The notes under the pieces are model-generated. The model made no database searches. It worked only from the letters and a program-made list of their open reading frames with translations, and was not told the origin of the DNA. Shown here in pieces: positions 25,486 through 38,431 of a stretch of 64,000 nucleotides of DNA (positions within the stretch are counted from its first letter, which is position 1; each line of letters begins with the position of its first letter). Origin of the DNA: Felis catus (taxonomy: Eukaryota). The position numbers and the translations under genes are program-made. The stretch covers positions 58,468,001 to 58,532,000 of the forward strand of contig NC_058382.1 of assembly GCF_018350175.1 (NCBI RefSeq). The letters are read 5' to 3'.

Positions 25486-25919
25486 ATTTTTTTAAAAATA
25501 TTTATTTATTTTTGAGAGAGAGAGAGAGAGAGAGAGGCAGAGTGTGAGCAGGGGAGGGACAGAGAGAGAGGGAAACACAGATTCCCAAGCAGGCGCTGGG
25601 CTCTGAGCTGTCAGCACAGAGCCTGACGTGGGACTCAAACCCATGAACGGTGAGATCATGACCTGAGCCGAAGTCGGATGCTTAACCGATTGAGCCACCC
25701 TGGTGCCCCTAAAGTTTTTTTTTAATGTTTATTTTTGAGAGAGAGAGAGAGAGAGTTAGAGTGTGAGTGGGGGAGGGGCAGAGAGAGAGGGAGACACAGA
25801 ATCTAAAGCAGGCTCCAGGCTGTCACCACAGAGCCCGATGCGGTGCTCGAACTCACAAGCCGTGAGATCATGACCTGAGCCGGTCGGACCCTCAACCAAC
25901 TGAGTGACCTGGGCACCCC
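25486..25919 (-). mobile_element. Two head-to-tail carnivore SINEs (25486-25709 and 25715-25919)
   Basis: Two complete antisense SINE bodies, each with (GA)n and poly-T. Confidence 0.9.
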
Positions 25920-27229
25920 AGCTGTTGATCTATTTTAAAGCTCACTTATTCTTAGCTCCGTCATGTATTCTGCTGTGACTTTTGAGCTGTGACTTTTTAA
26001 ATCTCTGTTACTGAATTTTGCAGTTTTAAAATTTCTCTTTGATTCTCCTGTATGCCTTCTATTTCCTTACCGAGAACTTCTGTCTTTACTCTGTTCCGCG
26101 CACTCACCTTACTTCACAAAGCGTGGTTCCAACAGCCGCTGGAAAGGCTGTAATAACGCCAACATCTGGGTCATCTTGGGTTTGAGAGCTGTTGAGATTT
26201 TCTGGATTCTTTGTATGTCAAGTAATTTTGGATTGTGTCCCATACATTTTAAATATTATGTTATGAAACTTTGGTTCTTGCTAAATGACTCCGGAGAATA
26301 TTTCCTTTTCTGTTTTAGCAGGTTAGCAGTCTGGTTAAGTTCAGACTGCAGACTACTGACCTGCCTTTTGTGGGCTGTGGTTCCAAGTTTGTTTAGTTCC
26401 CAAAGCCTCTACAGCACAAACCGCGTCACTCCACATGCACACTGCCCGGCGCTGTCCCGTCTGGGACACGGGTAGCGGGCCACACTGTGGTTCAGTTCTC
26501 AGAGCCTTTGCTGCGTGCCATCGGTCAATGCTACACATGTGCAACTTGGGTGTGAGCCTAGGGGCTTACCCGCAGCTTTGAAGGGTCCCTTTTCCAGGTG
26601 TACTGACTAGAAAGATGGGGGGTAGCCTTCTTGCAAGATTGCACACTTCCGGCCTCAGGGTGAAGCAGCGAGAGGAAAGAGAGAGCAGGGACTCTGGACT
26701 GCCAGTGCCCTCTTCCCTGGTGCGTCTGGCCAGAGAGAAGGGCTTTGCTCTCAGTGTTGGTTGTCTGAAATGTCCCGCAGGCGCTGGCACCGCCGCGGGA
26801 GTGCAGATCTGTGAGGGGGGCTGCTTTGGGGTGGGCGCAGGATGGTGAAAAGAAAAGAGCAGAAAGGGGGTCTCCCCCACTCTCTGTTTCTCAGGACCCC
26901 GCCTTCCCAGCCAGCAGGCCAGAAAGAGAGTAGTTCTCTTGTAGCTTTGTCCTGCCCACATCCACGTGTGGTTCCAGGATTCAGGCTTCCCTGTGGTTGA
27001 ATCTGGACATAAGGGGGGAAGAAACTCAGGAGGCTCGTCACCCCGTCAGTTGTTCAAATCTTCATCATCCCCCCGAATCCACCTGCTGTTACTGACCTGT
27101 TAGGAAAGTCACAGAGTTGCTTGAGGTGTCCGTTCAGGGTTCGGTTGTGCGGAGAGGGCGGGAGGATAGGGTGTGCCTGCACCATCCGCCTGGGGCCTGG
27201 AGTCCCAGCAAATGTGCGACCGTCCAGAC

Positions 27230-27270
27230 AGACTGTGTGCATAATGAGGAAGACTGTGTGCATAATGAGG
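27230..27270. repeat. 20-bp direct repeat, period 21
   Basis: AGACTGTGTGCATAATGAGG at 27230-27249 and 27251-27270. Confidence 0.95.
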
Positions 27271-27369
27271 GAGAAAGAAAGAATGCAGAAATGACCTTAC
27301 AAACCACATGAGGACTGTCAGAGAAAGGAGCTATGTCAGAGGGGGAAACTAAGATATTGAGACAACTGG

Positions 27370-28290
27370 GTGGCCTTTTGGAATAAAAAGTGGGATCCGC
27401 CGCCAACTTCTTATATCAAAATAAGTTTAGGACAGAATGAAAGATTACGTGTGAAACACACAGAACTACTTGAAGAAAGTCGGGATGAATGTTCTATAAT
27501 CTTGGGAGGAGGCTTTTATGAGCACGAATGAAGTCTAGAAGCACCAAATAGAAGATTCATAGATCCGATTCCTTGAGAATCAAAAAGCTCTGTGCAGGAG
27601 AGCAAAACAAAATACCATAGACGAAGTTAAAACAAAGTGAGAAAGCATGGTTGCAGTATGTGACAAAGAATAAAGGCATGTTTAAAAAATCCACAAATTA
27701 ATAAAGAGCCAGGTGAATGATAGTGAGCAAAGGAGATGAGCAGGGAATTCAACAAGAAGACTTAAATTGCCTGTAATTATAGTTTGTGAAAAATCAATCT
27801 GGTTGGCCCACCTCACTACTGCTCAGGAAGATGCAGATAGGAAGGCAGCGTGGCACTGTCCCGTGTCAGTCAGGGTGCGGGAAAAGGGACGCTCACTCTC
27901 AGGCGCCGTTGGCCGGAGCGTAAGATTTCCACAGCTCCTCTGGAAGGCAATTTGGGAAAACGTTCAACAACTTCAAGTGCATATTCTTCGACACCGTAAC
28001 CAAGATCTAGAATCTTCTCCACGGAGGTACCCCAACAACGGTCACGAAGCCAAATGGGCAAGGATGACCATCGCAACATTGTTTATTATACGGAAACATT
28101 GGAAACAACTGAAATTGTCCAATATGGGGGGCTGGTTAAATAAACCATGGTTTATCCACACCCTGGAATATTAACCAGCCTTTGGGAAGGGCATTATAGC
28201 TAAATGTACTCTTTGGGAGGGAGTGATTGCCACAGCATTTTGCTGAGTAAAAAAGGAACAAGTATAATTGTTTTATTTATGTAAATATAA
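27370..28290 (+). mobile_element. Old L1 (L1ME-like) 3' fragment
   Basis: ctctggaaggcaatttgg, acattgtttattatacggaaacattggaaacaactgaaa...ggttaaataaaccatgg motifs. Confidence 0.65.
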
Positions 28291-28299
28291 TTCTAACTA

Positions 28300-28746
28300 T
28301 CTATCCATCCATCCATCTATCCATTTCTCTTTTTATCCATCCATCCATCCATCCATCCATCCATCCATCCATCCATGTATCTGTCCATCTATCCGTCCAT
28401 CCATCTCTCTATTTATCCATCCATCCATCCATCCACCCACCCACCAATCCATCCATCCATCCATCCATCCATCCATCCATCCATCCATCCAACCATCCAT
28501 GCATCATTCCGTCCGTCCATCCATCCATCCATCCGTCCATCCATCCATCCATCCATCCATCCATCCAACCATCCATGCATCAATCTGTCCATCCATCCAT
28601 CCATCCATCCATCCATCCATCCATCCATCTGTCCATCCAACCATCCATGCATCAATCTGTCCATCCATCCATCCATCCATCCATCCATCCATCCATCCAT
28701 CCGTCTCTCTATTTATCCATCCATCCATCCATCCATCCATCCATCC
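28300..28746. repeat. (CCAT)n / (ATGG)n microsatellite array, about 445 bp
   Basis: Seen directly; explains the IHPS/MDGW ORFs. Confidence 0.98.
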
Positions 28747-29067
28747 CTCTAATCTAGCTAATCTACATCTATTAGAATAACAAGGGGTTTGGGAAAACGT
28801 TAACCAAATATTGGTGGTGTTTATGTTGGGTGGTTGAATTTTGGGGAAATTATTTTTCCTCATGCTTTTCTACATTTTGGAAATTTCCTACAAGTATCTT
28901 TTATCTTTATAAACAGTAAGATTTTAATAGGAGGTTACCCTAAAATAATTCAATCGTGGAGAGCAGGGAAGCAAAGGAATAAGTGCATGAAAAGAAGCAA
29001 TTTACAGAATTCCATGGAAATTGATCCTTATATCCTTTCTCAATTTCTCAAAAACATTGTTTTAAAG

Positions 29068-29169
29068 TTTTATTTATTTAAATAATCTCTGTGTCCAATG
29101 TGGGGCTCAAACGCAGGACCCCAAGATCAAGAGTTGCATGTTCCTCCAACCGAGCCAGCCAGGCACCCC
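29068..29169 (-). mobile_element. Short tRNA-like carnivore SINE
   Basis: tttatttatttaaataatctct...gtggggctcaaac...gagccagccaggcacccc. Confidence 0.8.
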
Positions 29170-29439
29170 CTTTTCATTTTTTTTTTTTTACAGAAAATGC
29201 AAACCTTTAATTCTCCAACAGAAGGCAAAATACATTTACATCTGATTTTTTTTCTTTCTTCTGCACGAGTTCAAGGAAAGAGCAAGTTCATTTCCCTGTC
29301 ATCCTACCTTCCTTGGTTAGCTGCTGACTCAGCATTTCAGAATTGGAAAGTTTTCATTTTCATAAGGTTAATATTGATCATTGAAAGAGTACAGCGAATC
29401 TATTTTTCCTATCGCTGAAAACGTTTTTAAACTTTTTTT

Positions 29440-29920
29440 TTTTACTGTGCTAAAACATACACAACAGAAAATGTCCTATTTTCACCATTTTGAAGCGACA
29501 CTCAGCACGTCACACTGTTGTGCAGCCCTCACTACCGTCCGTCACCAGGACCCTCTCCTCTCCCCACACCGAGACTCTGTCCCCGTGAGACAGCAGCTCC
29601 CCTCCCCTCCCCCAGCCCTCATCATCATCATCTACTTTCCGATTCTACGGATTTGCCTATTGTGTAGCCAACGTACACGTGGACTCAGACAGGGCTTGTC
29701 CCTCTGTCTGGTTCCCTTCTAGTGGCGGGTCCTGGTGGCCCATCCATGTTGCAGCATGAAGTCAGGATTTCATTATTATTTAATGCTGACTAGGATTTCA
29801 CTGAGTGGCTGGACCGCCTTTTGTTTCTCCAGTCATCTGTCGATGGACGTTCGCGCCGTTTCTGCTTTTGGCTATCGTGAACGGCGCCGCCCTGAACGTG
29901 CGTGAGCAGATGTGACCATC
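29440..29920 (-). mobile_element. L1 (L1MB-like) 3' end fragment
   Basis: ccatccatgttgcagcatg...ttttggctatcgtgaacggcgccgccctgaac motifs. Confidence 0.7.
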
Positions 29921-30016
29921 AATTTTTAAAAAGCGTAAACACAAGAAAGATTCAGTGTATAGGGGAGGGGAGGAGCAAGGGGCAGGTTGGGGTCCCCAAG
30001 CTCCCCTTTGCAATTC

Positions 30017-30220
30017 TTTTTTTTTTTTATTTTTTTTTATTTTGAGAGAGAGTGCACGAGCAGGGGAGGAGCAGAGAGAGAGGGAGAGAGAGGAAGCCAA
30101 GCAGGCTCCGTGCTGTCAGCACAGAGCCTGATGCAGGGCTCGATCTCACAAACTGTGAGATCGTGACCTGAGCCAAAATCAAGAGTTGGGCACTTAACTG
30201 ACGGAGCCACCCAGGTGCCC
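30017..30220 (-). mobile_element. Carnivore SINE with TSD
   Basis: TSD TCCCCTTT(G/T)CAATTC at 30002-30016 and 30222-30236. Confidence 0.9.
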
Positions 30221-31754
30221 TTCCCCTTTTCAATTCCAAGCAGAGGATGTACTCAGACATGCGCACTCAGAGTTGGCCGGATGCGATGCCGGCAGGGGAA
30301 AAAATGTACTAAGAATTAAAATATGCAAAGGCTTGATGGCAGACCTAAACTTTTGTAATCAAAGAATTTTGGTTCCTTTCCAACGTAAGAAAAATCATAA
30401 CCCTCTCCTCAAGGTCTTGGGAACTTGAGTGGAGCATTTTGCTTTTTCCCGACCCGCAGTCACCCCTGTTAGGTCGTGTGACCCAGAAGGAAGCACGTTC
30501 TCCCAGGTCACGCCCAGCCCATCCTGGGATGTGCAGGAAGGAGCCTAGTTCCCTGCTGGAGCCACACAGTCCATGGGAGCGAGGTCAGCATCTTCAGAGC
30601 AAGAGTTTTCGAGAAGTAACGAAGAGTGTCACATGTTTTTACAAAAACAAGTTACAGAGTTTCAGAACATGACCCTGGAGATTTCCCCACCGACACCATT
30701 CAGCCGCCTCTGACCTACACCTCCGGGAGCAATCCCAGGAGGGCTCCTGGGAGGTGGTGTGCTTGGCAGGTCTTGTATCCTTGAGGGTAGGCTCGGCGAT
30801 GAGGATACCAGCTTTCCCGAAAGGGGAATTCGGAACCTGGCATTCTCAACACAGTGAACACTAAAATGGTGAAGGGACAAACATTGTCTACGAGGGGGTT
30901 CAAACGGAATATAAATTGAAGTGGGACAGCAAGAGAGTGTAAAAGACGGCAGTGTTGTGGGTGAGTAGCTAGAGCTAGGTGGATGTGAGACGGGTGTGAG
31001 TGACTATGAGGGACCGAGCCATGTCCTTTGCTCCCCGCTTCTGGTCCTTAGCTCGCCACTTTCTCAATGGGTGCACGTACCCCTCAGTTTCCCCTGGTGC
31101 CAAGGATGACCCCTGGGTCCCCGAACCCCCTGTGGAACTGGTCTTCAGGGCAGGTGGAGGGACTGCGTGCGAGAGCCCAGGCCACCGCTGCCCTTTCTGT
31201 TCCCAGACTGTGTCCACAGAGCGTGAGGACGCAGCACGGGCCACTTCCGTTGGTTGGAGGGATCCTGGGTGGGAGTTAACGTGAAGATAACCCGGGCTTA
31301 TAGGAGGCATTTATAAAAACTGATCCCGTCGTGGGGACCCTAACCTTTCTCTTCTCATGATACGTTTTTGGGTGTCCTGGAGAAGGGGTGTCCCTGACGA
31401 CCGTGGTGCCATTCAAGCGGCTTATCGGAGCCAGTTCGTCGCGCAGAATGTGCAGAGGTCGGAGGGGTTTCCCGCTGCCCCCAAAGGCTGCCCTGGGTCG
31501 ATCAGCGTGTGGTCTCGTCCCCCTCCGGAGCCTTTGTTTGGTTCAGGACACCGAGGATGCAGACTTGGTGGTTGTTTGGGAGGGCGGCGCCCTGGGAAGT
31601 AGGACGTGGGCTCAGGCAACCGTGAGGCCTGTCCTGGGCCTGCCCCTCCCCGTCCGACGCGGATCACTTTACTCCACAAAGTTCTCTCCTCTGAGGCGCG
31701 GAGCAGCGGTGAGGGTCAGGCGAGGTGACACGTGGCCATGTGACGCTCGTGCCT

Positions 31755-32036
31755 AATGTAAGATCTTCCAGAAGCCACATTAAAGAAGTAAAAAGAAAGA
31801 GGTGACGCTAACTTTAATAATATTTTTCATTTCGCGCAACGGATCCGTGCTAGTAACGGCTCGGCACGTAATCAACATAAAAGTTAACAGTGAGATAGTT
31901 CACGTTCCTTTTTCTCGTACGAAGTCCCCCAGACCTGGTGGATTTTACACCCACAGAGCATCTCAGTTCAGAGCAGTCACGTCTCCAACGCTCGGGGGAC
32001 ACACATGGGGGGTGGCTGCTCTACTGGATGGGGCAG
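31755..32036. mobile_element. MER33-like hAT transposon relic
   Basis: agccacattaaagaagtaaaaagaaagaggtga...ttttacacccacagagcatctcagtt...gtggctgctctactggatgg. Confidence 0.7.
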
Positions 32037-32189
32037 GGGCGGGGCAGGCGGGGCGACGTGAGGGTGTGTCCAGTAAGTGGCACCGTGGTTCTCTGTCCGC
32101 TGCTTCCTCCCTCTGTGACTTTGCCAGGGCCAGTGGCCACGCGCCGGGCCACTCCCGACAGCACGGTGGCTGTGTCAGCTTCCTTGCGG

Positions 32190-32740
32190 GGCCGCAGGCT
32201 GCCAGGGACTCGTGGCTCCCGGCAACGGCCGTTTGTCGTCTCACATTCCGTAGGTCAGATGTCCGTGTGGACTCAGCCGGGTCCTCTGTTCAGGGCCTCG
32301 TGGGCTGCCCTCCTGGGGTCGGCCAGGCTGCATTCCCTGCCTGAGGCTCGACTGGGGAGGCCCTGCCTCCAAGCTCACCCAGGCTGCTGGCAGAATTCAG
32401 CTCCTTGAAGACGTGGGCCCGAGGTTCCCCACTGCCGTGCTGGATGTCGTCTGCGGACCAGTCTTTTCTTCTAGAGGCCACCCACGTTCCTCCTCATGCT
32501 TTCCATGTGGCCCCTCAGGCTTTGCCTCTCTGACCTCCCCTCCTGCTGCCGGCTGGGGGAAAATCTCTCTGCTTTTCAGGGGTGCGTGTGATTAGATTCG
32601 ACTCACCAGATAATCGTCCTTTTGATTTACTCAAAGTCAACTGATGAGTGATCTTAATTACAAAATGTCACGTAACAGACGTAATCAGGGCATGACGTCC
32701 CGTCGCCTGCACAGACCCCAGGGATCAGGGCAGGGAATCG
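32190..32740. mobile_element. MLT1/MLT2-like LTR fragment
   Basis: ggcagaattcagctccttg...tttgatttactcaaagtcaactgatgagtgatcttaattaca motifs. Confidence 0.55.
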
Positions 32741-33854
32741 GTGGGGGGGGGAGGGCGCGTGCGTTTTCAGGCGCTGTCCAAGTAGAGGTGATGTGGACAA
32801 GGAGAGGTTGCCACTACAAGCCACTAAAGGAAGAGGAGGATAGGAGCATGAGCGTCATCTGTGCTTCCCTGGCCTGGACGTCACAGCAAGCTTTATGGGT
32901 GCGGCGGGGGCAGGGGTGGGGGGTGCGGCCCTGGCTCCCTGGCAGTGGGGCAAGGGAGGTGCTAAAGGGGTGAAGGCTTCTGTAGATTGCACACATCAGT
33001 CTGATCTAGTGCTGACCCTGGGGATTCTTTCTTTCCCTCTGAACTAACAATCTTCCCAAGTGTTTGACCCGGGGCAGCTGGTGGCCGGTCTTCTCACCAA
33101 ATCTGTACATCAGGGGACACGGTGATCTGACACGAACACTTTTGGTCCTTTTGGCTTTCTGAGGTTGAAATGCGGTGGTGATTTTAGGGCCAGAATTACC
33201 TTGAATGTTCTGGAAGCAAAAAGCGCTATTCTCTGAAAGACGGGTCATCAGTCTTCCCCCCCCCCCCCCCCCGCCACCCCCAAGTCATGAGGCTGGGACC
33301 CTGTTGCGGGCAGAGCAGGCTCACTGCGGGCACAGCTTGGATCTGAGCAGAGCCCGTGCTGGAGGACCAGACCCCTCAAGAGTCTGGGGTCATTGCTCCT
33401 ATCCCCGGAAATCAATGCACGGTGACGCTGGAAGATTTTAAATGGAAGGCGTGTCACAGAAATGTTTTGTATTCCTTTGTCCCTTTTAAAAGTCATCGTT
33501 CGAGGCTTTGTGTTTCACACGAGTCACTCGGTCCCGAAGCCAGGCAGTGCCGTCCCGGGCAGTGTCCGGGGCAAGAGGCCCCCAGATACCACTGTACCTG
33601 TATCTGTATTTAGCAACCTGGGAGTTGCTAAATTAGCAGCGTTTTTGGATAGGGACAAACACCAAGAAATTCTCCAGCAAGAACCATAGAAGTTCCTCCT
33701 TGTTCTTCACCTGAGGCCCACGGGGCCAAGAGAGAAAGGTGCACTGCGATGCGATTGGTTTCTTCTTCAACTATATACACACACTGCATGATGTGGCTCC
33801 CAAAACCGTTATTCTCGACAGTGCCCTGTCATCGGGTTGCCGAAGGAATCTGTA

Positions 33855-34255
33855 TGGGTGTCCTGGGGCCGTCACAACAAATTGCCAGAAAGTGCGTGGC
33901 TGAAAACAACAGAAACTCGTTCTTTCACATTTCTGGAGGCCAAACGACTGAAATCAAAGTGTCGGCAGGCTTTTGGAGGAGAACCCATTCTGTGCCTGTC
34001 TCCCAGCTTCTGCTGGCTGCCGGGGACCCTGATGTTCCCTGCTCGGCCGCGTCGCTCCGATCTCAGCCTCTGTCTGCGTGCGGCCTCTTCCTGGGTGCCC
34101 GTGTCCTTTCGTCCTATAAGGACCTCCTACGTCTCAGGTAATCTCATCTTGAGATCCGTAATTTAGTCATATCTGCAAAGAGCCCTTTTCCAAGCAAAGT
34201 CACAGGTCTTAGGGTGTGGACATATCTCTTCGGAGGGGTCACCATCCAGCCCACC
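33855..34255. mobile_element. MLT1-like LTR
   Basis: gtggctgaaaacaacagaaa...ttctggaggcc...aaatcaaagtgtcggcagg...atctgcaaagagcccttttcca. Confidence 0.7.
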
Positions 34256-37079
34256 GTGAGGTCCACGACCCAAAAAAGGCAGAGAATCCTTGTGACCTCC
34301 CTAGGGGATTACTGACGTCTCCTGTCAAAACCTTACTTTTTCATGATTTTTGCTGCTGTAACTTGCGGGCATTCCTGACTTGCCCACCAAAAATAATGCT
34401 TCCCCTCCGCCTTGAAAAGCTTCTGAACAGGATCAAGTTATACTGAGGACTGACAAGTGCATTTCCCCCACCTCCCCTGCTTTTTTTTTTTTTTACTCTC
34501 AAATATTGTCTAATCAGGAAACCACTGGATGGAGGTGACGTGAAACCTCTCCCACATACATTCTACAGCGTGACGCTTGCTAAATGCCTTTTCACCAGGA
34601 GGAAACTCCCGCCGTGCTTGGGACAGCACTTCTCAGCTTTGGGCCCGGTCTCAAGTTCGACACCCACATCCCCTGTCCCCTGTCACTTCTCCCGAGACAC
34701 TGGAAACCACTGCGGGGTCAGGGCTGGCTGGGCGCCCCGTCCTTTACAAACCACTTTCTCCCACATGACTCCATGTGGCCACGACACTGGTTTTCCTCCA
34801 GCTCACACAGCCGATTTCTCCGCATTTCTGTTCTTAACTTAAATGTCACCTCCTCAGAGCTGCCTGACCACCCTCTCTGCCCTGAGGTGCCTCGTATTTC
34901 CTCTTCTCTTTTCCCTGCCCTGTCGTCTCCTGAAGACGTCTGCATAGCGAGCAGACAGCAACCTCAGTGCCTTTGAATGACATAATTTTTAAATTTCCTC
35001 CCGTCAAAACCAGAAGAGAGAAGTGGAGAACGCTGGGTGAGAACCGTGTCATTCAACAGCTTAGGGTATGCGCACAGTGAAATCTGGGTGATTTTAGTTT
35101 GAACGTTCAAATGGCCTTTTTTCCGAACGAGCGCGGGAGCTAGAACTTGACCCCCCGATCCCCAGCTGCAAACGTTTGCGTGCCCAGACCCACCACCGCT
35201 GCCGTGTGTTTGCTTTCTCTTCATTTCTTCTTATTGGGGTAGGATTCACACGCCCCCAAACCTGCCATTTTCAGGTGGGCAATTCAGTGCATTTTAGTCC
35301 ATGCACAGGGTTGAGCCAAGCCGCACCTGGGATGCGTGGCTATTGCAGAGGCGAAGGGTGAAAAACATTTTTTTTTTTTCCAGTGTGGAATTTGTGTAGC
35401 GCCTGTTAAGGTGTTGAAACCACATTAAAAGAACGTGAGTGTGTTTCTGTGTCGTCTGGTGCAGGGGAGCGCGTGAGGGGCAGGACGGTAGCAGGGGTGC
35501 TGCCCGGCTGGAAGGCGGGCGGAGGGGGTGGACGGGAAGCCGGGAGCCAGGAAAGGAGAACCGCCTGTCTGGAAACCCCCAGGTTCACGGTCAGGGAGAC
35601 CAACCACCCACGGAAAACTTTTCTGAATGACACAATGAATTCTTTCATCCTGCCACCCACCTGAGGCGAAGATGCCCACGGAGCCCTCCCCTCCCCCCTC
35701 CCCCTCCCCTCTCCCCCTACTCCCCCCTCCCCCGCCTTCCCAAGGGCCATCTGCGTCTCAGCACGTCACTCGTCACTTGGGTTCTGGCGTAGAAACCCCA
35801 TCTCCGCATGGCTCCCACCTCCACCCACGTGTCCCTTACTCTCCCGTCTGTAACCTGGATGCTGCTACCCTGTGACCACCAGCGTCCCCCGGGCGCTGCC
35901 ACACAAGGCAACCAGATTCCAAGAGATGAAACCAGGCTTTCTATTGTCCCAGGGGTCCCCGCCACAAGTTTCTCTCCCGGTTAGGTCTTTTCTGGCTCTA
36001 CCTGTAAAAAGCCCTTCTCAACCTTTAAAGCCTATTTCAAATGTGGCTTCCTCCATGAAGTCTTTCCTGATTGCTCCAGTTGGGGTGAATTTGGTGCAAC
36101 AGGTAAGCCCTACTTCCTTCACGTCAAGAGAACTGGCTTTTCTCCTTCTCCAGTTTGCTGACTGGCCGACCCTTTGTGCCTCGATGCATCCACGTTTCTG
36201 CATGTGTCCAGTGGGGGTGCTGGTGTTCAGCCTGACCCTCCATCCCCCCAATCAGACAGCCGAGAAGCTCTAGCAGACGGCCCGTGGCCCGTGAGGAAGG
36301 GCTTCATCGATTTTACCAGAGTGTCCTGCGTGGGTACATTGTTATCTTTCCCTCTGGACCCGCACGTGCTGGCCCTGCCCAGGTCCTTCTAACCACATGC
36401 ATATTTTACTTTGAATTATAGTGATTGTGCACTTGTCCAATTGTCCCTGCTAGAGAGGCCCTAGGCGTCCTGAAAGAGGAGATTATAATTATTCTTTACT
36501 CCTCCTAATCATTTAGTATATGCTGTGTGTGTGCATTTTCTCCCAACCACCCCCCCCCCTTTCTCTTTTGTGTGGGTACATTTGCTAACCAGGTTGAAAA
36601 GTCAGTCCTGGGTCAAGGGACAACATAGGATCCCCTCCCTGTCCCAGCTGTGCCTTGTGTGCATTCCCTTGTGAGCATACTGTTTCTTGCCTGAAACCCC
36701 TCTTCCCATCTGGTTCACATCTCTGGATTTGTCCTTCTGAGTTCTGCTTCTGGTGCAAGCTGTTCTGGCCGTTGGCTGTCACTCCCGGGTGCCACATCAC
36801 ATTTCCACACACATAGGGCAGTTTCCGAGCTGACCCTGTGGCTTCCATGACTTTCAGTCTCTGCCTGGGCTGTCACTGCATTCCCTCAGTCCCAGCCACT
36901 CAGTGACAGGACTGGACATTGGGCAGGGCAAGCCCCCCACATCGTTGTGCAACACTGTCTTGGCTCGTCTCTGTGATGTTATGTGCTCCCATCCATGAAC
37001 ATGGTATGCTCTCTATCCGGTCATGTTCTGTTTTCTCACTTCCAATAACAGGGCACTTCCTGATTCGCAAATGACACCC

Positions 37080-37250
37080 TCTGGCCGTGTCCTCACATGG
37101 TGGAGGGGCGAGGGGTCTCTCTGGAGCCTTTCATAAAGGCACTGACCCCATTCATGGGGGCTCTATCCTCATGACCTAATCACTCCCCGAAGCCCCAGTT
37201 CCTCATCCCATTACATTGGGGGTCAGGCTTCAACATACAAATACTGAGGG
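37080..37250. mobile_element. MLT1A/MST-like LTR fragment
   Basis: gtgtcctcacatggtgga...ctcatgacctaatcac...cattgggggtcaggcttcaacata. Confidence 0.65.
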
Positions 37251-38431
37251 ACATGCACCATTCCAGGAAGTTCATGTATCGAAACAGTAAATAACCCAAA
37301 CCAAGCAGCAAATGAGGAGGTAAGAGCATTCGGACGGTCTGTGGGGGGAAGAAACATGGCATCCGTTGCCTGAGAGGGTAAAGCACCTGCTCAATACAGG
37401 GGGGTCTCCGCGGGCATCAGCAGCACATGCTGCCTCTCCAGAGTCCTACCTCCTGGGATGAAACAGGTTTCCATCTACTCGCATCCGAGAGAAAGAGTCC
37501 CTGGAAATTACGAAGAGATAGTCCCCAACGCTCAGGGGCCCGGAAAGCAGCCCCAAGACTTGGAAGCGAGCAAGGAGAGGGTGTACGCAGCTCCCAAGGG
37601 TTGGTGTGAGCTCATGCGACCCTCCCGCAGACGCGACCTTCACACCTGCTCCAGGAGCAGAGGGGAAGCAGGTGGTGTTCGCACACATCTCCAGTTTGAC
37701 CCGCAAGTGATGATGCTTCTGTTTGCATGAGTAGGTGACAGGGGTGCAAAGCAAGAGCTCAGGGGAAGAAGAAGGCTGTCAGGAAGGAAATGACTAACTT
37801 GTAAAGAAATTTCAGCCACTCGTGTCCTCTCTCCAACGCCCCAAGTTCCCAGTGGTTGGGCATTGTAGCCTAGCTCTGCCGGAGAGATCAGTCCCGGAGG
37901 TCTGGAAGAAACTGAAGCACCTGGCCGGTTCAACCCTTTAATCTTCCAGGAGAGGAGACAGGCACCCCCGGGGCAAAGCGACGTGGAGGAGTGGGAGGAG
38001 CCTTGGGCTTGAGGTCAAGAGCTCTCAGCCTCCCTGGGCCTCACCGTGCACATCTGCCAAATGGGGACAATCATTCCTGTCCCACAGGGCTGTTTGGAAA
38101 ACCACATGAGAAGGCCCGAGAGCAAGCGTTTTGTCAAAGAGAAAGCAAACCGCGGATTGAAGTTGTTACGGCCCACGAGGCCATTAAGCCCTCCCCTTCC
38201 CTTTCAGGCGGAGTCCTGTGATCCAGCGCTGGCCACCAGAAGGCCCCTGCGCTGCGCCTCCTCGGCCTTGGGCACCGGCTCGCGTTATCGCTTCCCTGCG
38301 CCCTTTCTCTGTTGCTAGTTAAGTGGCACATCACAGCCAGTGACTGTGCGGCTCCAGCAAAACGAATTACGACCGGGTGTGGATTTAACTGCCCCTGTTC
38401 CCGTTAGTGACAGTGAACTGGAATCATGATC

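Larger units (their letters stand above)
20200..27050. mobile_element. Mosaic of old L1 fragments (mostly antisense) with several SINE insertions
   Basis: AT-rich, T-rich strand with L1 ORF2/3'UTR antisense motifs (ggtatcggggtaatgctgg, tctggctaaaggtttatcaatttt, tcttgtagatagcatatagttgg). No intact ORF. Confidence 0.75.

Noticed and set aside
24921..27270. Two 21-bp-period duplications as a CRISPR-like or shared system
   Set aside because: The sequences are unrelated, have only two copies each, no spacers and a eukaryotic context; they are ordinary micro-duplications.
28268..28863. IHPS- and MDGW-repeat ORFs
   Set aside because: They are translations of the (CCAT)n microsatellite.
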